Shown: positions 18,618-28,149, counted from the stretch's first letter. The stretch is 64,000 nucleotides of DNA from Candidatus Undinarchaeota archaeon (GCA_964527545.1 CAZGQF010000002.1:157981-221980), one strand, 5' to 3'. The notes: generated from the letters alone by a model not told the origin. Numbers and translations are program-made.

Positions 18618-19339
18618 GGCAGCTCAAGTAGGTGCTGGCATATATATGCAGCGGTGGCAGGGGTGACGTTCCTCTCTATGAGCGGGTTGACCTCCACCAG
18701 GTCGGCGGCCACCGGCTCGAGGCCTCTCAGCAGTGAGAAGAGCTCCGCGACCTCCAGCCCGTCGGGGACGGGCGTCCCAGTCCCCGGCGCCACCGACGGG
18801 TCGAGGACGTCGATGTCGATGGAGAGGTAGCATTTCTGGAAGCCGTCGGGGATTCCCGTCTTTATCACGCTCCTCCCGTGCGAGATCTGCCTCGCGCCGA
18901 TTATGCAGATGTTCTCCTTGCCCACCGCCTCCGCCAGCCTGGCCGCGACGTTCATCGCCCCCCTCCTGAAGCCGAGGAACTCGTCGCGGAAGTCGTCGTG
19001 GGCGTCGAAGAGGACCACCTTCTCCGGCTGGAGCTCCTCCACGATGGGTATGGTGATGGAGTGGTCGCCGCCCAATGCGAGGAAGGGACCGCTCGCGCGG
19101 GAGACTGTCTCCTTCAGCCTCTCCTCCATGTTCTGGGGCGAGCCGCAGACCAGGTTGCCTATGTCCCTGAAACTGCCCTTCGGCTCCAAAAGCTTCCAGC
19201 TCTCCCTTATCGAGTTCGGGGCAAGCGACTGGCCCGGAATGCCTGCCGCCCTCCTGTCGAAGGGGACGCCGAAGAGGGTGACTTCAGCCTCCTCGTCGCT
19301 TCCAGAAAGCGTGTTGGAGTCGTCCATGTGCAGTTCCAT
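18605..19339 (-). CDS. speB: Agmatinase/arginase-family ureohydrolase
   Basis: GGDHSIT, DAHDD and SIDIDVLDP motifs of the arginase fold; short form (244 aa). Confidence 0.8.
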   Translation of the reverse strand: MELHMDDSNTLSGSDEEAEVTLFGVPFDRRAAGIPGQSLAPNSIRESWKLLEPKGSFRDIGNLVCGSPQNMEERLKETVSRASGPFLALGGDHSITIPIVEELQPEKVVLFDAHDDFRDEFLGFRRGAMNVAARLAEAVGKENICIIGARQISHGRSVIKTGIPDGFQKCYLSIDIDVLDPSVAPGTGTPVPDGLEVAELFSLLRGLEPVAADLVEVNPLIERNVTPATAAYICQHLLELPWTR

Positions 19340-19380
19340 AATACAAAAGCTTATCAGTCGTTAATATGGTTAATTCATAG

Positions 19381-19707
19381 ATGGCCGATTGGGACCGGAA
19401 CAGGCAGCAATGGGAGCAGTACCCGGCCTACCAGATGCAGTACGGCTTCGGGGGCGCACCTCCGAGGCTGCCCTCCGCCAAAAAGAAGAACGACGTCCCC
19501 ATCTACATGGTCGTGGCTGCAGGAGTCGTCATCTGGGTACTTCTCTTCGGCGGCATCTTCGCCTACGCAGCCGTCTCTCCCTGCGGCTTTCTGAGGACCG
19601 TCTCAGGCAGGGGGACAATAGAGGCGGTGGAAGAGGCACAGGACATCGACCTCTCAAAGACTGCCAACTGCAGGGAGTTCCTGCGAAGGACAGTGATAGG
19701 CGGCTAG
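19381..19707 (+). CDS. Small membrane protein (108 aa)
   Basis: Single TM helix (IYMVVAAGVVIWVLLFGGIFAYAAV); AT-rich promoter-like spacer upstream. Confidence 0.4.
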   Translation: MADWDRNRQQWEQYPAYQMQYGFGGAPPRLPSAKKKNDVPIYMVVAAGVVIWVLLFGGIFAYAAVSPCGFLRTVSGRGTIEAVEEAQDIDLSKTANCREFLRRTVIGG

Positions 19708-19708
19708 C

Positions 19709-20236
19709 GTGCTGAGGGAAGAGCTCGACCGCCGCCATGGGATTGTCCAGGACGCTTTCGAGCTTGCGCACCAGTTGAAAGTCAGCGCTGCCAGGTCTGC
19801 GGCCGCCCTCCACGACGGGAGAACGGAGAAGCTCGACGAGGAGGCCAAGAAAAGTCTGGACGAACTCGTGAGAAAGGAGCCCTTTTTGATGGGCCCAGCA
19901 GGCGGCCAGATAATGCTCGCCTACCAGGAGTACGCAGAGACCAAGATACTCCTCTCCATCGTCAAGAACGGAAAGATGCCTGATGTCGACGTGCCGCCCG
20001 AGAGCTTCGTCACAGGGATGGGCGACGCAGTGGGCGAGCTGAAGAGGAGGTTCCTGGAAGAGCTCGTCGCCGGTGACAGGGAAGAGGCGAAGAGGATCCT
20101 GGACGCGGCCCTGGAGATACACGACAAGCTGAAAGCCTACGACTACCCCGACTACCTCGTGAGGGGCCTGAGACGAAAGAAGGACCAGGCCCGCCAGCAG
20201 GTCAACTCCATGCTCGAGGCCCTCGCAAAGAGCTAG
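19709..20236 (+). CDS. Translin-family protein (putative)
   Basis: C-terminal pattern F..G..D..GEL.R.....V..GD ... LR matches the conserved translin/TRAX helical core; GTG start 2 nt after the upstream stop. Confidence 0.5.
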   Translation: MLREELDRRHGIVQDAFELAHQLKVSAARSAAALHDGRTEKLDEEAKKSLDELVRKEPFLMGPAGGQIMLAYQEYAETKILLSIVKNGKMPDVDVPPESFVTGMGDAVGELKRRFLEELVAGDREEAKRILDAALEIHDKLKAYDYPDYLVRGLRRKKDQARQQVNSMLEALAKS

Positions 20237-20907
20237 TCTGGCCTTATCCTCGTCCCCCGCCACTCTCCGCCGGAGAGGAGGGACTTCAGGTTCTCGATGT
20301 CGTTCCCGTTGAGGACAGCCATCCCTATGCCGTTATCCCTCGCAAAAGAGAGGGCGAGCGGCTCTATTGGGTAATTAAGGCCGGGCTCGTGCTTTTCCAC
20401 CCCCCAGAGCCTTTCCAGCTCGGAGCAAGACGTCTCCTCGATGAGGGCGGCGTCCGGGTTCTCGCTGGGGTCCTCCTCGAAGACGCCGTCGACCTTGGTG
20501 AGGTTGTAGAGGAAGTCTTCCCCGAGCGCCGCGCACGCCTTCAAGGCGACCATGTCGGTGGTCTGGCCCGGGACAGTGCCGCCCATGAAGACGAGGTCGT
20601 AGAGGCCAGCCTCCTTTTTCATGGCCACGTTTTCTGCAGGGATGACAGGCGAGACTCTGCTCGGCGACGCCATCTTCTGCAGCATCGAGGCGTTTACGCG
20701 GGTGACGGAGATGGCGATGCTGTCGAGGTCGTCTTTCCCGTCCACGCCGAGGCTGCGAGCCGCCTCCTGGTACTCACGCGCCACCCTCCCCCCGCCCACC
20801 ACGACAAGAGCCCTCCGCTCTCCCAGGAACTCGATGAACTTCTTCACATTCGCGTTGACGCCGCCGTCGCTGAAGATCAAGGAGCCGCCGTATGAGAAGA
20901 CCAGCAT
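20233..20907 (-). CDS. pyrH: Uridylate (UMP) kinase
   Basis: ALVVVGGGRVAREY and GGTVPGQTTD amino-acid-kinase motifs; 224 aa archaeal type. Confidence 0.85.
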   Translation of the reverse strand: MLVFSYGGSLIFSDGGVNANVKKFIEFLGERRALVVVGGGRVAREYQEAARSLGVDGKDDLDSIAISVTRVNASMLQKMASPSRVSPVIPAENVAMKKEAGLYDLVFMGGTVPGQTTDMVALKACAALGEDFLYNLTKVDGVFEEDPSENPDAALIEETSCSELERLWGVEKHEPGLNYPIEPLALSFARDNGIGMAVLNGNDIENLKSLLSGGEWRGTRIRPD

Positions 20908-20931
20908 AGAGCCTGCTTTCCCGACTCAATA

Positions 20932-21516
20932 TTAAGCGTTTTCTTCCATTCTCTGGAAGAAAGCAAGCCTCTCTTCCGCTTTGTCGCTCGCCTCTCTCAC
21001 CGCCCCGACAACCGCGTCCACGAACTCATCTATCTCCATCTCGCCGTTCGTCTCGCGGAAGAAGTTGAGCGTCTCCACCCTTTCGGGGACCGCGGCCAGT
21101 GCACACTCCTCCAGGAGGGGGTGCGGCTCCGGCGACGGCCTCTCTTTCAGGGAGCTGCAGTAGCTTCGCGCCGTCTTTCTCACCTTCAGCTCAGGGTCGA
21201 ACCAGAAGGGGAACATCCTGCACATCCACGGCCTTCGCTCGTGGACGACGCACTTTTTTCCGTTGAGGAACTGGCAAGGCCCCCAGGAGTGGAGCGCGAG
21301 AGTCACCTTCTTCCCGTTTTTCAGGCGGGAGAACCACCGCTCGTCGGTGAAAGGATCGTCTTCCTCATAGTCGAGCACGCAGACGAAGCTGGAGACGAAG
21401 CTTTTCTCATCGACGTCGGGAAAGAGTTCCCTCATCCTCGCTATGTCTGAAAGCGTCAGCGTCCGCGCCATCATCAGCGAACAGCAGAGGCCGCATCCAT
21501 CGCAACTGAAAGTCAT
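20932..21516 (-). CDS. YkgJ/UPF0153-family Zn/Fe-S cysteine-cluster protein
   Basis: CDGCGLCC (C-x2-C-x2-C-C) signature; start chosen at MTFSCDG (21516) so that it overlaps the upstream stop by 4 nt. Confidence 0.55.
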   Translation of the reverse strand: MTFSCDGCGLCCSLMMARTLTLSDIARMRELFPDVDEKSFVSSFVCVLDYEEDDPFTDERWFSRLKNGKKVTLALHSWGPCQFLNGKKCVVHERRPWMCRMFPFWFDPELKVRKTARSYCSSLKERPSPEPHPLLEECALAAVPERVETLNFFRETNGEMEIDEFVDAVVGAVREASDKAEERLAFFQRMEENA

Positions 21517-21857
21517 GCAAGTCCCTTCAGCTTCTCCCACTCTTCTTCGCCCAGGTAGAGCTTGATCCCCTGGCCGGCGCCCGTCACCAGCACCTTGGTC
21601 GGCCTGACGGTCAAAAGGAAAGCCACGGAGATTAAAAGGAGTGCAAGCGCGACGCCGCTCATCCCGAAGAGGAAGGCGGCGTATGCTAGAACAACGAACA
21701 GCAGTGCCTCCCTCGCCCTGATGAAGTTCTTTACGGCGAGGTGGTCTATGCTCTTCTTGGGTATCCAGAATGTCTCCTTGAAAAGGCCGGAGAAGGAAGA
21801 CTCGATTTTCACCCGCTTGCCTATCTCAACCTCCGTTCTTTTCAGCGACTCGAGCAT
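21513..21857 (-). CDS. Membrane protein with bacterial-PH-like domain
   Basis: Two adjacent TM helices flanked by soluble segments. Confidence 0.4.
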   Translation of the reverse strand: MLESLKRTEVEIGKRVKIESSFSGLFKETFWIPKKSIDHLAVKNFIRAREALLFVVLAYAAFLFGMSGVALALLLISVAFLLTVRPTKVLVTGAGQGIKLYLGEEEWEKLKGLA

Positions 21858-21859
21858 TC

Positions 21860-22114
21860 TCAGTCCCTCACGTAGACCATCGCCACCACCATGGCGAGCA
21901 GCGTCGAGTAGACGAGGAAGGCGGCCTGGTCCATGTGGAAAGTGATGAAGAGCGTGCTTGCCGGAAGGCCGCCCGAGAGGACCGCCCTCGCGTGGTTGAG
22001 GTTCTCTGCCGCCAGTATCAAGAAGACCGCGACGAAGCAGAAGACGGCGGAGATGAGTATGGACCTCTTGTCGACAGTGCAGGGCTTTCCCTTGGCCATG
22101 GAGAGCCTAGGCAT
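21860..22114 (-). CDS. Small membrane protein (84 aa)
   Basis: Two hydrophobic helices; head-to-tail with the upstream gene. Confidence 0.35.
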   Translation of the reverse strand: MPRLSMAKGKPCTVDKRSILISAVFCFVAVFLILAAENLNHARAVLSGGLPASTLFITFHMDQAAFLVYSTLLAMVVAMVYVRD

Positions 22115-22143
22115 TCAGAGCTAATAAGTCTTCCCCGAACCGG

Positions 22144-22581
22144 TCACTCCAGGCTTATCTCGACGTCCACGTCCTCCGGCGTCTCCGCCTCAAGCCGCCT
22201 CACCTCAAAGCTCTCCGCGAGTTTGGAGTCCATCTCCGTCGGCTCGCCGAGACTGACGAAGAAGTTCCTCTCCGGCCTCTTCTTCTCATAGACGAAGTAG
22301 TCTGGAAAGCCGGTCTCCGCCGACATCTGCGTTGCGTAGACGCCCGGCCTCGAGACCAGGACGTCCTTCAACAAGCACTCAAGCTCGTCCAGCTTTTTCC
22401 CCTTGAAGAAAGAGCTGATCTCCTTGAAGGCCCTCTCGTAGGAGGGGCTCTCTGGGTAGGAGAGCTGCTTGACGAGGAAGACGAACTGTCCGGCGGGGAG
22501 GAAGGCAAGCCCCCTCTCATCGAGGAAACGCCGGAATGCCACCTCAACGAGGTGTTTCTTGAGGTCTTCCCCGACTTTCAC
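22144..22581 (-). CDS. Hypothetical protein (145 aa)
   Basis: Start overlaps the HAD gene stop (4 nt), suggesting co-transcription; no motif recognised. Confidence 0.4.
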   Translation of the reverse strand: MKVGEDLKKHLVEVAFRRFLDERGLAFLPAGQFVFLVKQLSYPESPSYERAFKEISSFFKGKKLDELECLLKDVLVSRPGVYATQMSAETGFPDYFVYEKKRPERNFFVSLGEPTEMDSKLAESFEVRRLEAETPEDVDVEISLE

Positions 22582-23396
22582 GTCTGGCCAGTGACGGACT
22601 CGTATAAAAGACTGCCGTCGATTCTGTAGATGCTCTCTTTCCGTAGCTGTTCGAGCGACTCTACCTCGCCGTCGTCTTCGTGAGTCTCTCCAGAGGCGTA
22701 CTTGCCGCCCCGCCTCCTGATGCGGACGGTCTTGATGCCCAGCTCTCTCGCGCCCTCCATCTTGTCCGAGCGGTCGTCGACGAAGAGGAGACTGGCGTAC
22801 TCGACTCCAATGGCGTCGGCCGCCTCCTCGAAGATCCTCTTGCTCGGCTTCGCAGGGAGGCCTTCCTCGCCCGAGACCAAGACTTCCCCGTCCTCGAAAA
22901 AGTCATCGAGGCCGAGGAGGTGGATCTTGGCGTACTGCTTTTTTGGCAGGCCGTCGGTTATGATGCACTTCTTGATGCCGCGAGCGTCGAGCCATTTCAG
23001 GAAGGGAATGACATCGGCGTAGAGAGGCGAGAAGCTTTTTCCCTGTTTGCTGAAGAGGCTGAACTTCTCCTGGTGGTAGGCGTCGACTGAGCAGGCCACC
23101 ACCCTGTCTACAACGGACGGCTCCGCGACGTAGCGCTCCGCAACCCTGTCGAGGAGGTCGCCGCCGTTGCTGCTCATGTCGTGCTTCTCAACCTCATTCC
23201 CATAGTCCAAAATCAGCTCACCCTCGGAGACCGCTACGCCCCTCTTGTTGAGCTGTCTCTTCATCTCGCCGAGAGCGGCCTCCAGCTCCCTCTCGACAGT
23301 CTCAGTGCTTTTGTAGAGGCAGTCGTCCAGGTCGAAGCCGACAGCCTCTATGGTCCCCCCATCAAGGCCAAGCACGTCCTTAAATGTCACGTCCAA
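22578..23396 (-). CDS. HAD-superfamily hydrolase
   Basis: Motif I FDLDDCLY (DxDx[TC]), motif ITDG, K...DD downstream. Confidence 0.7.
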   Translation of the reverse strand: MDVTFKDVLGLDGGTIEAVGFDLDDCLYKSTETVERELEAALGEMKRQLNKRGVAVSEGELILDYGNEVEKHDMSSNGGDLLDRVAERYVAEPSVVDRVVACSVDAYHQEKFSLFSKQGKSFSPLYADVIPFLKWLDARGIKKCIITDGLPKKQYAKIHLLGLDDFFEDGEVLVSGEEGLPAKPSKRIFEEAADAIGVEYASLLFVDDRSDKMEGARELGIKTVRIRRRGGKYASGETHEDDGEVESLEQLRKESIYRIDGSLLYESVTGQT

Positions 23397-23476
23397 GTGG
23401 GCAAAATTTCACTTAAAAAAATTACGTTCGAAACTGGCTGAATAACCCTTAATAGCGAGAGAGAGGAGAGTGAGGC

Positions 23477-23902
23477 GTGAAGGGCGTCTCCACAGTCATC
23501 GTGGTCATACTGCTAGTCCTGCTGACCGTCGGCGCGGTCTCGCTTTTCTTTTTCTGGGGGGTGGCCTTCCAGAGCGACGTCAGCGGAGAGAGCGGGCTGC
23601 AGATCGAGAAGTACTCAGACGAGACGGGGATGCTCCTAAACATAGAGTCAATCTCGCAGTGCAAAGTATTCGTGCGAAACAGGGGGACCACGACGGTCCC
23701 GGCAGGGACTGTCAACATCCTGGTGGACGGGAGGAGCGTCAGCTTCGACTCGACCCTCGAGGAGATCCGTCCTGATCAGCAGGCGACATTCACGATAACG
23801 CAGAACATCTCCTGCCAGAAGGAGATGTGCGTGCTCCGGATAGTCTCCGCCGGCGAGCAGTCGGCGAGGGTGGAGGCGGTGGACCTGCAGTGCCCGGCAT
23901 GA
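23477..23902 (+). CDS. Small class III signal-peptide (pilin-like) protein
   Basis: N-terminal KGVSTVIVVILLVLLTVGAVSL prepilin-like hydrophobic segment after a short basic leader; C-terminal CVLR...LQC; stop overlaps the nth start. Confidence 0.6.
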   Translation: MKGVSTVIVVILLVLLTVGAVSLFFFWGVAFQSDVSGESGLQIEKYSDETGMLLNIESISQCKVFVRNRGTTTVPAGTVNILVDGRSVSFDSTLEEIRPDQQATFTITQNISCQKEMCVLRIVSAGEQSARVEAVDLQCPA

Positions 23903-24498
23903 GAGTGGAGAAGACAATAGAGGCGCTGGAAAAGCTCTATGGCTTCGAGCTCTGGGAGAAGGGGAGGCCTTTCAAGGTCCTTGTCTCCACAATCCTCTCT
24001 CAGAGGACGAAAGACGAGAACACGGCGAAGGCGACGAAGAGACTCTTCTCCCGCTACCCGACAGCGGAAAAAATCGCGGAGGCGCCGCTCGAGGAGATCA
24101 AGGAGCTGATAAAACCCGCGGGGTTCTACAACGCCAAGGCAGAGTACGTCAAGAAAGCGGCAGAGTACGTGGTGGAGAACGGCATGCCCGACACCCTCGA
24201 GGAGCTTGTCTCCCTCCACGGCGTCGGGAGGAAGACGGCAAACTGCGTCCTTGTCTACGGCTACGGGAGGCCTGCCATACCTGTCGACGTCCACGTACAC
24301 AGGATAGCGAACCGCCTCGGCTGGGTGGAGACCAAGAGGCCGGAGGAGACGGAGAAGATGCTGGCGGAGCTCGTCCCCAAGAAGTACTGGATAGAGCTGA
24401 ACCAGCTCTTCGTCACCCACGGCCAAAAGACCTGCCTGCCTCGGAAACCGAGATGCGGAAAGTGTCCGCTGACATGGTGCCCGAGCAGGAGAGCCTAG
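23899..24498 (+). CDS. nth: Endonuclease III-like HhH-GPD DNA glycosylase with 4Fe-4S cluster
   Basis: LVSTILSQRTKD, HhH LHGVGRKTANCVL, catalytic D (VDVHVHRI), C-terminal C-x6-C-x2-C-x5-C (CLPRKPRCGKCPLTWC). Confidence 0.85.
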   Translation: MRVEKTIEALEKLYGFELWEKGRPFKVLVSTILSQRTKDENTAKATKRLFSRYPTAEKIAEAPLEEIKELIKPAGFYNAKAEYVKKAAEYVVENGMPDTLEELVSLHGVGRKTANCVLVYGYGRPAIPVDVHVHRIANRLGWVETKRPEETEKMLAELVPKKYWIELNQLFVTHGQKTCLPRKPRCGKCPLTWCPSRRA

Positions 24499-24947
24499 CC
24501 AAACTTTGCCTTCTTCTCCTGGACTGCCTCGACGAACTTCGGCATCTCCTCTCCCGAGAGGCCGAGCTCAAGCTCCGAGAGCTCGACTGTGCCGCCCTCG
24601 TGCTCTATCCTCGCCCACCAGTTCCGCCTCCCGCGGCCGAGAGGCAAGTCATTCTTCAGGCTGACGCTCTCGACCTCCTCCCACCTGAAAACCCTCTCTT
24701 TTCCGAAAGGCCTGACAACGCGGATGCCCTCTGCGGAGAGGGTGGTGCGGAAGGAGCGGAAGTAGGCGACGAAGCAGACGAGGAGGAGGGAGACGCCGGC
24801 AGAGACGGCGAGAATGGAGAGCTCGACGTTCTCGAGGCCGCCCCGCTGGTAGGCGGCCAGCCAGACCATCGCCGCCTCGAAAAGAAAGACGAGGGCGATG
24901 GCGAGTGCGGCCTCCTTCATGGAGAGGCCGTAGTCGAGGCGATCCAT
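24495..24947 (-). CDS. Membrane protein with PH-like domain
   Basis: Two TM helices then a soluble domain (VRPFGKERVFRWEEV), similar layout to 21513..21857. Confidence 0.4.
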   Translation of the reverse strand: MDRLDYGLSMKEAALAIALVFLFEAAMVWLAAYQRGGLENVELSILAVSAGVSLLLVCFVAYFRSFRTTLSAEGIRVVRPFGKERVFRWEEVESVSLKNDLPLGRGRRNWWARIEHEGGTVELSELELGLSGEEMPKFVEAVQEKKAKFG

Positions 24948-25023
24948 ACAGTTTCACCGGCCGTCTCACTCATATCTTTTTCGCCGGGCAAACGGTTATT
25001 TAGCGGGGGGGAGAAGAGCTCAA

Positions 25024-26592
25024 GTGCGCGGCATCACCCCGGTCATCGCCATAATCTTGTTGCTCCTCATGGCAGTCGCCGCGGCGGGCGGCTTCTACTT
25101 TGTTTATCAAGGCTTCACTGAGAGCGGAGAAGAGTCTGGCTCGACGCAGATCGAGCAGCTCGGCGAGCAGTCTCTCGCCGCCATCCAGATAGAGTCTGCG
25201 GCCGGCGGCCGGATCTACATCAAGAACGTGGGGGCGGGCGACGTCGACCTGTCAAAGGCGACTCTCTACGTCGAGAACCAGCCTGTCAACGTCAACAGGT
25301 CGTCTGACACTCTCGCGGAGCGGAGCAGGGCGGTGCTCAAGCTGACAGAGGCGCCGGGCTGTTCTTCTGACAAGTGCGAAGTGAAGATCTCCGGCGCTGC
25401 CTCGACGTCGAAGAGTGTAGACCTTGCGAAACTGCTCTGCTCGTCTGACTCGGACTGCTACTCAAGCGAGACCTGCGAGGGAGGGATCTGCGTGGAGAGT
25501 GGAGAAGAAGGAACTGCATGCGGAGACGGGACCTGCGACTCCGGCGAGGACGGCGAGAACTGCTTTTCTGACTGCGGGCCGAGATCCCTCGCCCTCCTCG
25601 GGATGGACCTTGCAGGGGGCGACGTCGACGTCTACTCCTACGACTGGGACGGCTCGACCTTCGTGAAGGGCGAGAACCTCTCCGCCGGCTCGCCCGCGAA
25701 CGAGGTGATGACCTACAACGAGTTCGACTCGCAGGGCAGCGGCCTCGCTGTGGGAAGATACACTGGCGGCGAGATGAAGCTGTTCGCATCAGAGTACGAC
25801 GGCACGTCCTGGTCGACAGTCGAGAACATCTCCGAGCACCAATACAGCGACCAGTGGATCTTCTCCGGCATGGACTTCAACTCCTCCGACGAGGCGATCT
25901 TCGTCTGGGACACGGGGAGCGGCGATAACAACGTAGCCTGGGCCTCCCACGACGGCGAATGGGAGCTCCACTACAACCTGACCGACAACCCTCCTGGCGT
26001 GACAGTCTATGTCTCAGACTTCACCTTCATGGAGAACGACAAGGGGCTGGCTGTCTGGGACTCTGGCTCAGACGACTTTGAGTGGGTCAACTACTCGCTC
26101 TGGGACGACGGCTGGGTGGAGACGGGATGGATCGCAGAGATGCCGGCTCCCAGCGGCGGCTTCGAGATGATGGGCGTCGGCTCCAACTCCACCCACGCGA
26201 TGGCTGTCTGGAAGGCGGGCTACGGCCACAGCGAGCCGAACAACGTGATCCAGTGGTCGGTCTGGGAGGGCACGGGCTGGAGCGAGCCCCAGAACGTCAG
26301 CGATACTCTCTTCTCCTTCGGCGACTTCCCAAGCTCACTCGCCTCGACGGAGGACGGCTGGCTTCTCGCCTACCCAAACGGGACATCCTCCCCCCACTGG
26401 TATGAGTGGTTTGAGTGGGACGGGGGCTGGGTCCACAAAGGCAACCTCACGGAAGAGAACCTAGGCCTCTTCACTATCGTCGAGAACGAGAACGACGCGT
26501 TAATGGGCTACTTCCTCTCTTCCTTCTACGAACCTTCGCACTTCATCTACTGGGACGGTACGGGCTGGAGCGAGACAGTCGACTTCGCCTAG
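25024..26592 (+). CDS. Large class III signal-peptide protein (pilin-like N-terminus, Cys-rich EGF-like module, Trp/Asp-rich repeat C-terminal domain)
   Basis: MRGITPVIAIILLLLMAVAAAGGFYF prepilin-type N-terminus (GTG start); CSSDSDCYSSETCEGGICV...CGDGTCDSGEDGENCFSDC; repeated ..AVW..W motifs suggest a beta-propeller; TATA acggttatttagc upstream. Confidence 0.75.
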   Translation: MRGITPVIAIILLLLMAVAAAGGFYFVYQGFTESGEESGSTQIEQLGEQSLAAIQIESAAGGRIYIKNVGAGDVDLSKATLYVENQPVNVNRSSDTLAERSRAVLKLTEAPGCSSDKCEVKISGAASTSKSVDLAKLLCSSDSDCYSSETCEGGICVESGEEGTACGDGTCDSGEDGENCFSDCGPRSLALLGMDLAGGDVDVYSYDWDGSTFVKGENLSAGSPANEVMTYNEFDSQGSGLAVGRYTGGEMKLFASEYDGTSWSTVENISEHQYSDQWIFSGMDFNSSDEAIFVWDTGSGDNNVAWASHDGEWELHYNLTDNPPGVTVYVSDFTFMENDKGLAVWDSGSDDFEWVNYSLWDDGWVETGWIAEMPAPSGGFEMMGVGSNSTHAMAVWKAGYGHSEPNNVIQWSVWEGTGWSEPQNVSDTLFSFGDFPSSLASTEDGWLLAYPNGTSSPHWYEWFEWDGGWVHKGNLTEENLGLFTIVENENDALMGYFLSSFYEPSHFIYWDGTGWSETVDFA

Positions 26593-27042
26593 TCAGCAGA
26601 ACTGGGCGAGCGTCGAGTTGCCCTGCCTGGCGAACTGGGCCGTCTCGAAAGAGATGTCGAGCTTCCCGTCCCACTTCTTGGGCATGCACCACCTCGGGTT
26701 GGAGTGGTCTCTCCCTGGGATGGTCTGGGACCTGTAGAAAGCCCTCCATAGCTCTTTGTCCCATCCGCCCCCCACTCTCTCGCAGCCGAGCCTGGCCGCC
26801 TTCTCTCTCATCTCTGCGACGAACTCGTCCCTTTCCTCCACCGTCTTCGAGAAGTGGAGGCCGCGCCCCTTCACGTAGGCCTTGCCTCCCTGAAAAACAA
26901 CGACAACAAAGCGGGAGTATTTCGAGGAGAAGATGTCGAGGAGGGAGCCGGCGCGGGCAGGGGTCTCACCGACCAGCAACCCTTCAGGAAAAGGCTCAAG
27001 CCTGACGAGGCCTGCAAGCTGGCAGAGCTCTGCGTCGGTCAA
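26593..27042 (-). CDS. Uracil-DNA-glycosylase-superfamily-like protein partnered with the radical SAM repair protein
   Basis: Degenerate family-4 UDG motif LVGETPARAGSLLDIF; start overlaps the stop of the upstream radical SAM gene by 4 nt. Confidence 0.45.
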   Translation of the reverse strand: MTDAELCQLAGLVRLEPFPEGLLVGETPARAGSLLDIFSSKYSRFVVVVFQGGKAYVKGRGLHFSKTVEERDEFVAEMREKAARLGCERVGGGWDKELWRAFYRSQTIPGRDHSNPRWCMPKKWDGKLDISFETAQFARQGNSTLAQFC

Positions 27043-28094
27043 AGCCTCACCTGCCTGTGGCCGAGGGAGAGGAAGGGCATCGCCTTTCTGCTGACTCCGA
27101 GCTCTCTCAGCCTTCTCATGGAGAGACTGCCGCCTCTCTTCTTGAGTATGCGCCTCGCGAGGCCCGGCCCTATGCCCGGGACCCTCAGCAGTCTCTCGTA
27201 GTCGGCAGATCTCGGATCGACAGGCTCCATCCCCTGCGCGAGAAGTGTCTTGGGGTCGGCGGAGAGGGGGAGGAAACCCTCTCCGTCCAGAGCCCCCTTG
27301 ATTTCGGAAAAGGGGAAGCGATAGACGCGCATCAGCCAGTCTGATTGGTAGAGACGGTGCTCGCGGACGAGGGGAGTCTTCTTCCCGTCCGCAAGCTCCG
27401 TCCCCGAAACCGGCGAAAACGCGGAGAAATAGGATCGGCGGAGATGAAAACGGCTGTAGAGCTGGTCTGTCGCCTTGAGTATCTCGAGGTCGGTCTCCTC
27501 AGCGGCGCCGACCACGAACTGCGTGGTGATCCCGGACGGAGGCCTCTCCTTGGAGAGCCATCTCAGCCGCCTCAAGACGTCTGTCTCGAACTCCTTTGTC
27601 GAAGTCAGCTCCGAGAAGCGCGATTTTGAGGGCGCCTCAATGTTGAGGGAGACCCTGTCGGCCAGCCTTGAGAGCTGCTTAACGTAGTGGCGGGAGACGC
27701 CTGGCAGGAGCTTGAGATGGATGTAGCCGTCGAAGCCGCGCCCCCTCAACAGCGACACGCACTCGACCATCTTCTCTGTCGTGACATCTGGGTCGGAGCC
27801 GACGCCGGACGAGAGGAAGAGACCCTCCACGTAGTTGCGGAGGTAGAGCTGGACAGTGAGCTCCGCCAGTTCTCTCGGCTCGAACTCCGCTCTCTCCGTG
27901 CAGGCGGTGTTGACGCAGTATCTGCAGTCGTGGATGCAGCGGTTGGTGAAAAGGACCTTGAGAAGGGAGATGCAGCGGCCGTCTGGCAGGGAGGCGTGGC
28001 AGATCCCCCTCCCACTGCATCCGTCTCCCGACGCTGCGCAGGCGTCGTACTTGGCGGCCGCGCCAAGAATCTCGAGCTTTCTCTTTACGTTCAC
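27039..28094 (-). CDS. Putative DNA modification/repair radical SAM protein with C-terminal helix-hairpin-helix
   Basis: AKYDACAASG then CIHDCRYC (CxxxCxxC); C-terminal RLLRVPGIGPGLARRIL HhH. Start set at the in-frame GTG 28094, downstream of a ttattat TATA-like element; the ORF-table start 28280 would overlap the LysW-like gene. Confidence 0.6.
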   Translation of the reverse strand: MNVKRKLEILGAAAKYDACAASGDGCSGRGICHASLPDGRCISLLKVLFTNRCIHDCRYCVNTACTERAEFEPRELAELTVQLYLRNYVEGLFLSSGVGSDPDVTTEKMVECVSLLRGRGFDGYIHLKLLPGVSRHYVKQLSRLADRVSLNIEAPSKSRFSELTSTKEFETDVLRRLRWLSKERPPSGITTQFVVGAAEETDLEILKATDQLYSRFHLRRSYFSAFSPVSGTELADGKKTPLVREHRLYQSDWLMRVYRFPFSEIKGALDGEGFLPLSADPKTLLAQGMEPVDPRSADYERLLRVPGIGPGLARRILKKRGGSLSMRRLRELGVSRKAMPFLSLGHRQVRL

Positions 28095-28149
28095 GCCACA
28101 ATTGCAAGCTGTAGCATAATAACTGAAAGGAGAGACCGCCCTGCCGCTA

